From NCBI GenBank assembly GCA_030637515.1, contig DAOWGM010000059.1, positions 25,441 to 89,440 on the forward strand: a stretch of DNA of 64,000 bases, read 5' to 3'. Origin of the DNA: Bacteroidales bacterium. Its GTDB lineage: Bacteria > Bacteroidota > Bacteroidia > Bacteroidales > UBA12077. Position numbers and translations under genes: made by a program. Each line of letters begins with the position of its first letter. The stretch's first letter is position 1. This document shows, in pieces, positions 36,773 to 46,259 of the stretch. Under the pieces are notes generated by a model. It was not told where the DNA came from. It did not search any database and was given only the letters and a program-made list of their open reading frames with translations.

Positions 36773-37969
36773 ATGCAAAATATCGGAATAGTTGTTGATA
36801 ATGAATTCAACACAGATATTAGAGTTGTGAATGAATGTAGATCATTGTTAGAAAATGGATTTAATATTTTTGTGCTTTGTTTTAATTATGGCCAGCATAA
36901 AAATCTTGAAATGGTCCATGGGTGCCAGGTAATTAGAATACCTGTTAAACGAAAGATTCGGAACATTCTGTTTGCATTTAACAATACTGTGGAGCTTTAC
37001 AATATTTTCTGGAAAATTCACATAAAGAAATTTATTAAAAAATTTCCTGTTGACGCTCTACATGTCCATGATTTATATTTATCAAAACCAGCTTTTTATG
37101 CTACAAAAAATTCTACCATATCTTTTAATCTTGATTTACACGAGAATTACCCTGCTGCTATAAAAGGCTACAAGTGGATGTTTAAGTTTCCATCGAAATA
37201 TTTTGTAAATGCAAGAAAGTGGCAAAAGCTTGAACGAAAATATTTAAATTATCCTGAAAAAATTATTGTTCTTAGTGAAACTTTCAGAGATGATCTTATT
37301 AATAAATATTCCTTCCTGAATCAAAATAAATTCATAGTATATCCTAATGTTGCGGATTTAAAAGAATTAACGGGCTTTAAAATTGACAACTCTATTCTTC
37401 CAAAAAAGAATGATTTTATTTTATTTTATTTTGGTGTTATATCGGAAAGAAGAGGAATTTATACTGTTATTAATTCTTTAAAAGAATTAAAATCTACTTT
37501 ACCAAATCTCAAACTTCTATTAATTGGTCCTGTATATAAATCTGAGCGAGCAGTTTTTAACCAAACTATTAATGATCAGGAAATAAAAGATATGATAATT
37601 TATTATCCATGGAAAGATATAAGCTTACTTCCATCGTATATAAATATAAGTGATATTTGTCTGTCTCCGATTATAAAAAATGATCAGCACGAATCGGGAG
37701 TCGCAAATAAAATTTTCCAATACATGCTTTTTGAAAGGCCGCTTATTGTTTCAAACTGCAAACCACAGCAAAAAATTATTTTAGAAGAGAATTGCGGGCT
37801 GGTATTTGAAAGTGATAACTCAAACGATCTGTCTGATAAAATTAAAGAACTTTATAATGATGAGAAATTGAGAAAAGAAATGGGAGTAAATGGGAAAAAA
37901 GCAATAGAAAATAAGTATAACACACAAATCGCAGGAGAGAATTTAGTTAATTTGTATAGAAATTTATAG
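36773..37969 (+). CDS. Glycosyltransferase family 4
   Basis: GT-B fold. 'HESGVANKIFQYMLFERPLIVSN' is an EX7E-type motif. Confidence 0.8.
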   Translation: MQNIGIVVDNEFNTDIRVVNECRSLLENGFNIFVLCFNYGQHKNLEMVHGCQVIRIPVKRKIRNILFAFNNTVELYNIFWKIHIKKFIKKFPVDALHVHDLYLSKPAFYATKNSTISFNLDLHENYPAAIKGYKWMFKFPSKYFVNARKWQKLERKYLNYPEKIIVLSETFRDDLINKYSFLNQNKFIVYPNVADLKELTGFKIDNSILPKKNDFILFYFGVISERRGIYTVINSLKELKSTLPNLKLLLIGPVYKSERAVFNQTINDQEIKDMIIYYPWKDISLLPSYINISDICLSPIIKNDQHESGVANKIFQYMLFERPLIVSNCKPQQKIILEENCGLVFESDNSNDLSDKIKELYNDEKLRKEMGVNGKKAIENKYNTQIAGENLVNLYRNL

Positions 37970-37972
37970 TAA

Positions 37973-38854
37973 ATGAGTTTTAGAAAAAGATTTATTGTCA
38001 CATTAGATGACATCTACTGGTTCATTAAAGCCGGAAAATCAAAAAAGAAAGTTTCTGCTTCCGAATTAAAATCGGATTTAAATAATTACATTCAATCTCC
38101 AGTTTTTTTTCTTTCAACAGGGAGATGTGGGACAAAATGGTTCTCCGATCTTTTAAGCTCAAATAAATCGTTAATGGTTCTGCATAATCCTAAACCATCA
38201 TTCGCAAATCAAAATAATTTAGTCTACCAGATATTTAAAAATAATGAAGCCTCTGACTCAGAAATAAATCTTGTAAAAGAAATATTTCTTACTGGTCGCG
38301 AACAATATCTGCGCTATTCTTATAAAACTCAAAAAAGATATATCGAGACAAATAATTACATAAGCTTCTTTGCTCCTGCTTTAATTAAAATATTCCCTGA
38401 TGCTAAATTTGTACATTTATACAGGCATCCTGGTGAGTTTGTCCGCTCAGGTATTAGAAGGAATTATTACGATAAAGAAAATCCAAATGATGTAAAAAGA
38501 ATTACACCAATTAGTGAACATTTACAAGAAAGTTGGGGAAACATGAATCAACTGGAAAAAACATCTTGGTTATGGAATGAAACAAATTCATTTATTGAAA
38601 AATTTAAAAATGAGCATTCGGCAAACTGTTACGATTTCAATTTTAATGAATTAAACCTCAAGAATGTTACTTCCCTTATGAATTTTTTGGATATCAAAGT
38701 TCCAGAATCTAACATTAAAAGAACATTAAATAAAAAATCCAATGCTCAAAAAGCAGGATCCTTTGCTGAATATAAGGACTGGGATTCAAATCAAAAGTTA
38801 GCATTAAAAGAAATTTGTAATGATTTATCCAAAAAATACAACTATAAAATTTAA
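37973..38854 (+). CDS. Sulfotransferase-family protein (second one in the window)
   Basis: 5'-PSB-like 'FFLSTGRCGTKWFS' and 3'-PB-like 'FVHLYRHPGEFVRSGIRR'. Confidence 0.6.
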   Translation: MSFRKRFIVTLDDIYWFIKAGKSKKKVSASELKSDLNNYIQSPVFFLSTGRCGTKWFSDLLSSNKSLMVLHNPKPSFANQNNLVYQIFKNNEASDSEINLVKEIFLTGREQYLRYSYKTQKRYIETNNYISFFAPALIKIFPDAKFVHLYRHPGEFVRSGIRRNYYDKENPNDVKRITPISEHLQESWGNMNQLEKTSWLWNETNSFIEKFKNEHSANCYDFNFNELNLKNVTSLMNFLDIKVPESNIKRTLNKKSNAQKAGSFAEYKDWDSNQKLALKEICNDLSKKYNYKI

Positions 38855-40038
38855 TGGATCCCCAAATAATTAAGGCATACAAACAGCTTGAAGAATGGAT
38901 TGATAAAAATGGTCCGTTTAGTTATGATGTTTCAGATATTAAAGCATTACCCTTTTTTATTTTTATAATAAATCTGAGCCGCAAATCAAAATTTGCAAAA
39001 AATCTAACTGCTCCCATAATTTATTTAAGTGATAATTATTCAAATCTTCTTAGAAAAATATTCATTGTAAAGAAAAATATTTTTCCTCAGGGACAAGCTC
39101 TAATTGCAAGAGCATTTTTTGCTAAATACAATCTTACAAATGATAAGTCATATCTTGAAAAAGCTATCAAAATACTTGAATGGTTAAAAGAGAACACATC
39201 TCAAGGTTATAAAATGTATTGCTGGGGTCAACCATATAACTGGTATTCAAGAAAATTATTCCCGACTAATATTCCGAGAGCAACAGTTACATCACAGGTA
39301 GCAAATGCCTTTCTTGATGCATATGAAATTTTGCGTGACAAAGAATATCTCAGAATTGCAGAAAATTCTTGCGACTTTTTTATTGAAGATCTGAATTGGA
39401 AAGAAGATGCTGATGGATTTATTTGTTTTAGTTATACAAGTGTTGATAATTATCATATTCATAATGCCAGCATGTTGGCAGCAGCAGTGCTTATCCGAAC
39501 TTGGAAGTATTCAGGAATCGAAAAATATAAAGAATATGGCCTGAAAGCTATGAATTTCACAATAAAACACCAGAATGAAAATGGTTCATGGTATTATTGG
39601 GCACCACCCGATAAAATTATGGGTAAAATAGACAGCTATCATACTGGATTTATTATAGAGTCTCTTGAATCAATAAAAAAGAATCTTGGCTCAGAATTTA
39701 CTGATAATGACACCTTAAAAAATGGCCTGGCGTTTTATATTAATAACTTTTTTGCAGATGGAGAAGTTCCAAAAATGACTTTCAAGTCTGTACATCCAAT
39801 TGATATTCAAAGCTGTGCGCAAGCTATCATTACTTTTGGAGAGTTACAATCAAGCTTCCCAGAGCTAACTGAAAAAGCTGAAAAGATTGCTTTATGGACA
39901 ATCAATAACATGATGGATAAAAAAGGTTATTTTTATTATCGAATTTATAAAAACGGAAGAATTGATAAAACGCCTTATATTCGTTGGTCGGAATCATGGA
40001 TGTTAAGAGCATTAACTTTTTTATTACAAGACAAATAA
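38854..40038 (+). CDS. Hypothetical protein, probably (alpha/alpha)-toroid fold glycan-modifying enzyme
   Basis: Repeated helix-pair pattern with aromatic turns ('CWGQPYNWYS','NENGSWYYW','KKGYFYYR'). TAATG overlap with the sulfotransferase stop. Family not recognised with certainty. Confidence 0.4.
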   Translation: MDPQIIKAYKQLEEWIDKNGPFSYDVSDIKALPFFIFIINLSRKSKFAKNLTAPIIYLSDNYSNLLRKIFIVKKNIFPQGQALIARAFFAKYNLTNDKSYLEKAIKILEWLKENTSQGYKMYCWGQPYNWYSRKLFPTNIPRATVTSQVANAFLDAYEILRDKEYLRIAENSCDFFIEDLNWKEDADGFICFSYTSVDNYHIHNASMLAAAVLIRTWKYSGIEKYKEYGLKAMNFTIKHQNENGSWYYWAPPDKIMGKIDSYHTGFIIESLESIKKNLGSEFTDNDTLKNGLAFYINNFFADGEVPKMTFKSVHPIDIQSCAQAIITFGELQSSFPELTEKAEKIALWTINNMMDKKGYFYYRIYKNGRIDKTPYIRWSESWMLRALTFLLQDK

Positions 40039-40046
40039 TTTCACAA

Positions 40047-40895
40047 ATGATAATTTCAGATTTAAAATATATTTGGAGAAGGATTAAGCTGATAAAAAAG
40101 ATTTCACAGCTTAATATTGATAATGCTGGAATTGATGAAGAAGGAATCCCTTTTGTAAAATTAAATAATGGTCCGGTTTTTTATGGTTTGCTGTCAAAAC
40201 CAAAGCTCAGAAAATATTATAATCTAATGCCCACAAAAACAAAAGCAGTTTTACCTTTTGAATGCTTTTTAGTAGCAAACGATATTGTTATAAGATATTA
40301 TGAAGGAGGATTACAACTGGGAGGACCGGCAAAAGAACTTTACTATTCTGCTAAAACTGGTGATTATATTGCTGAAATGGGAGCTTATATGGGTTATTAC
40401 ACAGTCTATCTTTCAGAAAAAGTTGGTGCTGAAGGAAAGATAATAGCGATTGAACCAATGCCCGACAATTTAAAAATACTTAAAAAGAATATAGAAAAAA
40501 ACAATCTTTCGAATGTAACTATCGTTCCTAAAGGAGTGTGGAAAGAAAAAAATAAAATAACTTTTCAACGAAATAAAGGAGATCATCAATCAGGAAGTAT
40601 TGAATTAAATTACGAAGATAATGACTCATTAGAAATCCCTGTTGACTCACTTGATAATATTTTAAAGGAACAAAACGTTTCGCATATTGATTTTATGCTA
40701 ATTCAATTGAATGGTGTAGAAATTGAGGCCCTGGAAGGATTAAAAATGATTAAGCCAGACAATCTGGCAATTGCGGCACGATACAATAAAGATAAAGTTC
40801 CTGCTGCAAAAGTAATTTCAGATATACTAAATGCCAGAGATTACGATTGCAATATCGTTAAAGATGATTTTGTTTTTGCCAAACTGAAAAAATAA
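40047..40895 (+). CDS. FkbM family methyltransferase
   Basis: 'IAEMGAYMGYYTVYLSEKVGAEGKIIAIEPMPDNLKILKKNIEKNNLSNVTIVPKGVW'. I prefer the ATG at 40047, after the upstream stop. Confidence 0.8.
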   Translation: MIISDLKYIWRRIKLIKKISQLNIDNAGIDEEGIPFVKLNNGPVFYGLLSKPKLRKYYNLMPTKTKAVLPFECFLVANDIVIRYYEGGLQLGGPAKELYYSAKTGDYIAEMGAYMGYYTVYLSEKVGAEGKIIAIEPMPDNLKILKKNIEKNNLSNVTIVPKGVWKEKNKITFQRNKGDHQSGSIELNYEDNDSLEIPVDSLDNILKEQNVSHIDFMLIQLNGVEIEALEGLKMIKPDNLAIAARYNKDKVPAAKVISDILNARDYDCNIVKDDFVFAKLKK

Positions 40896-40902
40896 ATCCG
40901 GT

Positions 40903-41622
40903 ATGCAAAACTTAAAAATTACAATAATTGGAAATTCTGTTTCCTTAAGAACCAGACCTGTTGAAAAGCATCCGGATAATAAAAATTATGGAAAATTACT
41001 GGAGGAATTTCTTTGCCAGAATGCTTCTGATAAAAACATAGTGATAAATAACAAAGCTACAGGTGCTTATACCGTATACAATGTATTAACAAAAATTGAT
41101 GATTTCGTTAATACATTCCCTGATTATTATATCATTAACCTTGGTGTAGTTGATGCTTCGACAAGAGAAATCCCTTTGTGGTTTTATCGGTTAGCCAGTA
41201 GTAAAAAAAAAGGTTTTGTTTATAAACTATTATCGTTTTTTTATCGTGGATTGATTATAAAAGCCCGTCCTGCATTTGTAAAGCTGAGAGGAAAAAGGTC
41301 ATGGATTTCTTCAAAAAAATATAGAAAATACTTTTCTCATTTAGTAAAAACATTGATTAAAGAAACAAATGCAAAAATTATTGTAATGCCAATAAATCCG
41401 GCAAATAATAGAGTAGAAAAAGAACTTCCTGGATCCTTAAAAAACCACTTGTTATATACAAAGTTAATGAAAGATATTTCATTAGAATTTTCTCAGCATT
41501 TCTTAGAACTTAATAATTTAAATTCTGAAGAACATTATCCTGATGGTGTTCATTATTCAATTTCGGGTCATAATGTTGTAGCGCAGGAGCTTGGTAAAAT
41601 CATATTAAAAGAAAATAATTAA
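40903..41622 (+). CDS. SGNH/GDSL-like hydrolase (possible glycan O-acetyl esterase/transferase)
   Basis: Block I 'ITIIGNSVS' (GNS instead of GDS) and block V 'PDGVHYSISGH'. Confidence 0.6.
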   Translation: MQNLKITIIGNSVSLRTRPVEKHPDNKNYGKLLEEFLCQNASDKNIVINNKATGAYTVYNVLTKIDDFVNTFPDYYIINLGVVDASTREIPLWFYRLASSKKKGFVYKLLSFFYRGLIIKARPAFVKLRGKRSWISSKKYRKYFSHLVKTLIKETNAKIIVMPINPANNRVEKELPGSLKNHLLYTKLMKDISLEFSQHFLELNNLNSEEHYPDGVHYSISGHNVVAQELGKIILKENN

Positions 41623-42998
41623 TGGAAGGGTTTTTAAGTAAGAATCAAATTGATTATGTGTTCTTCCATTTAAATCTTACAATGGAATTAGATGATTCTC
41701 TAAAATCATATTTTTATTTCAATAAGAAAGAGTCTCTTGATAATCTTGCAAACAAAATTATATTCAACCTTTCCCCATCTCGAATTGATAATAATTCCAT
41801 CAATATAGTTAATGAAATTCCTGTTCTTTTCCCAATATCAGAAACAAAAAAGTACTATTCTATAGAAGGTGACAATCTGGTTTTTCATCATGATATATTA
41901 AAAAGTTGTTTCTATTTATTGTCAGGATATCAAGAATATAACTCTTCTGATAAAGATAGTTTTGGTAGATTACCATATGAGAATTCGATTCAAAAAAGAT
42001 TAGGAATAACTCTAATACCTGTTGTAAATTATTACTTCAATATCATTGCTGAAGGAATCACTTCTTTTTTAAGCCAAAAGGGTATTGAAGTAAAACGAAA
42101 AAACCTATTTAGGAATTTTGGTTTTTTTCTTACTCACGATATCGATAATGTTGATTACTACACTTTTAATCGATTTCTATATAAGATTAAAGAATTAACC
42201 GGTTTTACCAAAAGCTATTATTCGTTTAAAGTCAATATCAATCATTTGACTAAAACATTTCTTGAGCTTTTAAAGTTCTCAAAAAAGCAAAACCCAGCAT
42301 GGAATTTTAGCTATTTAAGAAACCTGGAAAAACAAAATGATTTTCGATCGGCATTTTATTTTTTAGAAAAAGACAGCAAGAACAATGATTCTAAATACAG
42401 TTTTTCAGAAGCAAGGATCAAAGAATTATTTCGGTACTTAAGAAAAGAAAATTGTGAAATTGGATTGCATGGTACAGTTGGTTCGTTTTTTAATGAGAAA
42501 AAGCTAAATCAGACTCTTATAAATTTAAATAAAAATACTCCTGAAAAAGCAACAGGAATTAGGCAACACCGACTATTATACAAGCTACCTCAAACAGCTT
42601 TAATTCATGAAAAAGTTGGATTAAAATATGATACAACGTTATGTTTTGCTGAACATGAGGGGTTTAGGAATTCATTTTGTTTTCCTTTTAAATTATATGA
42701 TTTCGAAAATGACAGAATGATAGATCTATGGGAAATTCCTTTAAATGTTATGGATGTAACTCTATTTCATTATCGAAAGTTTACTACTCAGGACGCAATG
42801 CCTGCCATTGTTAAAATTATCAATGAAATAAAAAAATTTAATGGTGTTTTTACTTTATTATGGCATAATGATTTCTTTGATGAGGACAGATATCCGGGAG
42901 TAACAGACTTTTACAAAACCCTTTTAAAGATAATTAAAAACGAAGATCCTGAAAATGTTTTAGGAATTGAGATAATTGATAAATGCTTGGAAAATTAA
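41622..42998 (+). CDS. Polysaccharide deacetylase-like protein (divergent)
   Basis: 'FFLTHDIDNV', 'EIGLHGTVGS', 'GIRQHRL' loosely resemble the CE4-type metal/catalytic motifs. Confidence 0.4.
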   Translation: MEGFLSKNQIDYVFFHLNLTMELDDSLKSYFYFNKKESLDNLANKIIFNLSPSRIDNNSINIVNEIPVLFPISETKKYYSIEGDNLVFHHDILKSCFYLLSGYQEYNSSDKDSFGRLPYENSIQKRLGITLIPVVNYYFNIIAEGITSFLSQKGIEVKRKNLFRNFGFFLTHDIDNVDYYTFNRFLYKIKELTGFTKSYYSFKVNINHLTKTFLELLKFSKKQNPAWNFSYLRNLEKQNDFRSAFYFLEKDSKNNDSKYSFSEARIKELFRYLRKENCEIGLHGTVGSFFNEKKLNQTLINLNKNTPEKATGIRQHRLLYKLPQTALIHEKVGLKYDTTLCFAEHEGFRNSFCFPFKLYDFENDRMIDLWEIPLNVMDVTLFHYRKFTTQDAMPAIVKIINEIKKFNGVFTLLWHNDFFDEDRYPGVTDFYKTLLKIIKNEDPENVLGIEIIDKCLEN

Positions 42999-44455
42999 AA
43001 CATACAGCAAAACAAACTTTCATTTATAGCTTAGGAAATATCAGTTCTAAGTTAATTGGATTTATTCTTTTGCCTCTATACACTGGTTATTTGCAAACTG
43101 AAGAATATGGAATTTTTGCTATTCTAGAAGTTACCAGTACTATAATGGTTGCTGTACTTAGTTTTAAACTTTCAACAGCCATGATGCGTTGGTGTTCTTC
43201 TGAAAACATAGGAGATAAAGCAAAATCATTGCTTTTTACAACCTATAGCAGCTCATTTTTCATTATTATTCTGTTAAATCTCACTCTTCAACCTTTTCGT
43301 GAATCCTTTTCTAATTTATTCTTTAGCACTAATATTTATAGTGAATATTTTTTAATTCTTCTTTTATCAGTTTCATTTGAAATCCTTAATTTATTTTCTT
43401 TTGATCTTTTACGCCTAAAAGAAAAATCATTTTTTTATATATCTGCCTCTATTTTAAGAATAGTAACAATCCTGGTTTTAAATATCTATTTTATTAAATA
43501 TGTAGGATTAGGTGTTAAAGGAATTATTCTTAGCCAGTTAATTGGTAATGTCTTGATATATATTATTACGCTTCCATTTATTATAAAAAACATGATTCTT
43601 AAGTTCGATTTACCTGAATTGAAGAAAATGTTTCAGTACGGAATTCCTCTTATTTTTTCAACTATTTCGATGATGATGATCACAATGGGCGATCGTTATA
43701 TTATCAAATATTTTTCAAACTATTCAGATGTTGGAATTTATTCATTGGGATACAAAATAGCAAGTGTTACCAATGTTCTTATTATTCAATCATTTCAAAC
43801 AGGGTTCTTACCTATTGCATATAAAAATTTCGACAAACCTGATGCGCAAAGATTCTTCTCAAAAATCTTAACTTATTATACCTTTGTTTTAGTATTAGCG
43901 AGCCTTGGAATATCCTTATTTTCTCAGGAAGTTATTGATTTGTTTTCAAAAAATTCAGACTACAATATCGCATATACAATTGTTCCATTTATTTCTCTTG
44001 CTTTTATTTTTAAAGGAGTTCAGTACGTATATTCATTAGGTTTGCATTTTGCTAAAAAAACAAAATACAATGCATATATAGTTCTTTGTGCTGCAATAAT
44101 AAACTTTATAATTAATATCCTGTTAATTCCACGCTATGGAATATATGGAGCAGCAGTAGCAACTATAATTTCGTGGATAATCATGTCAACTGCATTTTAT
44201 AAATTCTCATTTAAATATTATAAAGTTAAATACGAAATTAAAAAAGTAGTTCTTTTAATAGTTACAGGAATTGCACTTTATAGTATCTCTTTATTTTTTA
44301 ATGATTTTATTTTTTACACTAAAATAATTGCTAAATCAATCCTTATTATTTCATTCCCGTTTTTACTATGGATATTTAGATTTTATGAGAAAAATGAACT
44401 CGAAATATTAAAAGGATTTGTTAAGAAAGTTTTTTCAAGGAAAATTTCTGATTGA
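42983..44455 (+). CDS. Oligosaccharide flippase (Wzx / MOP superfamily)
   Basis: 490 aa, about 12-14 TM segments. N-terminus 'KQTFIYSLGNISSKLIGFILLPLYT'. Confidence 0.8.
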   Translation: MLGKLKHTAKQTFIYSLGNISSKLIGFILLPLYTGYLQTEEYGIFAILEVTSTIMVAVLSFKLSTAMMRWCSSENIGDKAKSLLFTTYSSSFFIIILLNLTLQPFRESFSNLFFSTNIYSEYFLILLLSVSFEILNLFSFDLLRLKEKSFFYISASILRIVTILVLNIYFIKYVGLGVKGIILSQLIGNVLIYIITLPFIIKNMILKFDLPELKKMFQYGIPLIFSTISMMMITMGDRYIIKYFSNYSDVGIYSLGYKIASVTNVLIIQSFQTGFLPIAYKNFDKPDAQRFFSKILTYYTFVLVLASLGISLFSQEVIDLFSKNSDYNIAYTIVPFISLAFIFKGVQYVYSLGLHFAKKTKYNAYIVLCAAIINFIINILLIPRYGIYGAAVATIISWIIMSTAFYKFSFKYYKVKYEIKKVVLLIVTGIALYSISLFFNDFIFYTKIIAKSILIISFPFLLWIFRFYEKNELEILKGFVKKVFSRKISD

Positions 44456-44502
44456 AGATATAAAAAGAGCTTAAATTATTGATAATTTCATATCAACTTA
44501 AT

Positions 44503-44510
44503 TATCTTTG
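44503..44510 (+). promoter_or_regulatory. -7 box (TATCTTTG) upstream of the PIG-L gene
   Basis: TAnnTTTG, 20 nt before the ATG at 44531. Confidence 0.4.
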
Positions 44511-44530
44511 TTTAATAACCACAAATTTTA

Positions 44531-45166
44531 ATGCTGATGTATAATAATATTTTAGTTTTAGCACCTCACACAGACGATGGAGAATTAGGTTGTGGAGCAA
44601 CTATTGCAAAATATCTTAGCGAAGGAAAAAATGTTTTTTATGCTGCATTTTCAATTTGTGAAGAATCTGTTCCTGAAGGTTTTCCAAAAGACATACTTGA
44701 AACAGAAGTAAAAAAAGCAACTTCGGTACTTGGTATTAAAAAAGAAAATCTGATTATATACAAATTTAAAGTTCGCAGATTCCCCGAGTTCCGACAGGAA
44801 GTTCTTGAAGAATTAGTTAAACTTAACCGTAAAATTAAGCCTGATCTTGTAATTATGCCATCATCTTTTGATATTCATCAAGATCACAAAACTGTTTTTG
44901 AAGAAGGGCGCCGAGCATTTAAGAACTGTTCAATTTTGGGTTATGAGTTTATGTGGAACAACTTTTCTTTCAATTCTACTTGCTCAATTGTTGTTAATCA
45001 GGAGCAAATCAATAAAAAGATTGAATCCATAAACGAATATAAATCACAAGTAAAACGATTTTATGCAAGTGAAAAAATGGTAACAGGGCTTGCCAATTAT
45101 CGCGGTCTTCAAATCTCAAAAGAATATGCTGAAGCTTTTGAAGTAATCAGATGGATTATTCCTTAA
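44531..45166 (+). CDS. PIG-L/LmbE family N-acetylglucosaminyl deacetylase
   Basis: 'VLAPHTDDGELGCGATIAK' and 'HQDH' zinc motifs. Confidence 0.85.
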   Translation: MLMYNNILVLAPHTDDGELGCGATIAKYLSEGKNVFYAAFSICEESVPEGFPKDILETEVKKATSVLGIKKENLIIYKFKVRRFPEFRQEVLEELVKLNRKIKPDLVIMPSSFDIHQDHKTVFEEGRRAFKNCSILGYEFMWNNFSFNSTCSIVVNQEQINKKIESINEYKSQVKRFYASEKMVTGLANYRGLQISKEYAEAFEVIRWIIP

Positions 45167-46259
45167 TGTTTTTGAGATTTTCTTTTTGGTTTGAACTTAA
45201 ACTTCCAAAAACCAAATCCTGAATAGCAAAATTATCATCAAAAGGTACGAGATCAATAAGTTTCTTCTCGGTATCGAAAATTACAAAACAGTTTCGGTTA
45301 GAATCTATTGACACAACCAAACTACCTGAAATTACTGAATTTTGTATCCATTCAAAATCCAAAAGCAATTCGCTTTTACCTTCAATATTTTGAAATTTAT
45401 AGTGCTTATTGTTATTTAAATTCCCAGTGACAAAAGATCCTCCTGTTGTACTTGTTGCAACATATTCATTATTTCTCCTTTTACCACCGTGCGGACTTTT
45501 TAAACCATCCAGGAGCTTTGTGCTCTTTCCTGACTTTATATCAATTGAAAATACACTGCCTTCGTGAAAAAAAGTAGCTATGACTTTATTTTTGTCATTA
45601 GGATCGTAAACAACTGAATTTATAAATGCAGCCCTTTGTGATGTCGGTAAAGTTTGGTTTTTCGGATCCGTAATTAGGATATGTTTTTTACCTTCGGCTT
45701 TATATTGTGCAGATTCTTCAATGTTCCTTGTTAAGTACAATTTTTCGCCTGTTTCAGGATCTAAACCATGATTAAATCCATTTTCCCATGCAAACCATTC
45801 AAATGTTTTTTTATTAGTTAGAAAATCATATTCAAATATAACATCGTAACCCGAAGAACTTATTAAAACCTTTGATCCTCTTATATCAATTGTATGAATA
45901 AAACTGAACCATGGATCTTGAATTACTTCTGTTCCATTTTCATGAATAACATAAACTCGGTTCTCAGAAGAAACTGCCAATACATTATTTTTAATATCAA
46001 TTCCTCTGGGTTCGGGAACTTTCAGAAAAATTTCTTGATTGACTATTTTTCCATTCTTTATTTGAATGCCAGCGACTCCTCCTTCAGTAACTTCACGTCT
46101 AACAAAACTTCCTGTACGCTTTGATTTTTTATCTTTTGTAGTAAGATATCGGTTTCTTATTGCCTGCAAATCAAAGCTTTTAATACTTATTAAAAGATTT
46201 AACTCATCATAGAAAGAATTGTTCTTTTTAAATTCGGAGAGATCAATGTATTCGGTCAT
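45156..46259 (-). CDS. Hypothetical protein (beta-rich, possibly propeller-like)
   Basis: 367 aa, no signal peptide. 4-nt start/stop overlap with the upstream GT4 gene. No family recognised. Confidence 0.5.
   Translation of the reverse strand: MTEYIDLSEFKKNNSFYDELNLLISIKSFDLQAIRNRYLTTKDKKSKRTGSFVRREVTEGGVAGIQIKNGKIVNQEIFLKVPEPRGIDIKNNVLAVSSENRVYVIHENGTEVIQDPWFSFIHTIDIRGSKVLISSSGYDVIFEYDFLTNKKTFEWFAWENGFNHGLDPETGEKLYLTRNIEESAQYKAEGKKHILITDPKNQTLPTSQRAAFINSVVYDPNDKNKVIATFFHEGSVFSIDIKSGKSTKLLDGLKSPHGGKRRNNEYVATSTTGGSFVTGNLNNNKHYKFQNIEGKSELLLDFEWIQNSVISGSLVVSIDSNRNCFVIFDTEKKLIDLVPFDDNFAIQDLVFGSLSSNQKENLKNIKE

Noticed and set aside
39984-40046. Upstream extension of the FkbM methyltransferase ORF overlapping the preceding gene by 55 nt
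   Set aside because: The extension uses a non-ATG start within the previous gene's coding region. The ATG at 40047 follows the upstream stop by 8 nt.
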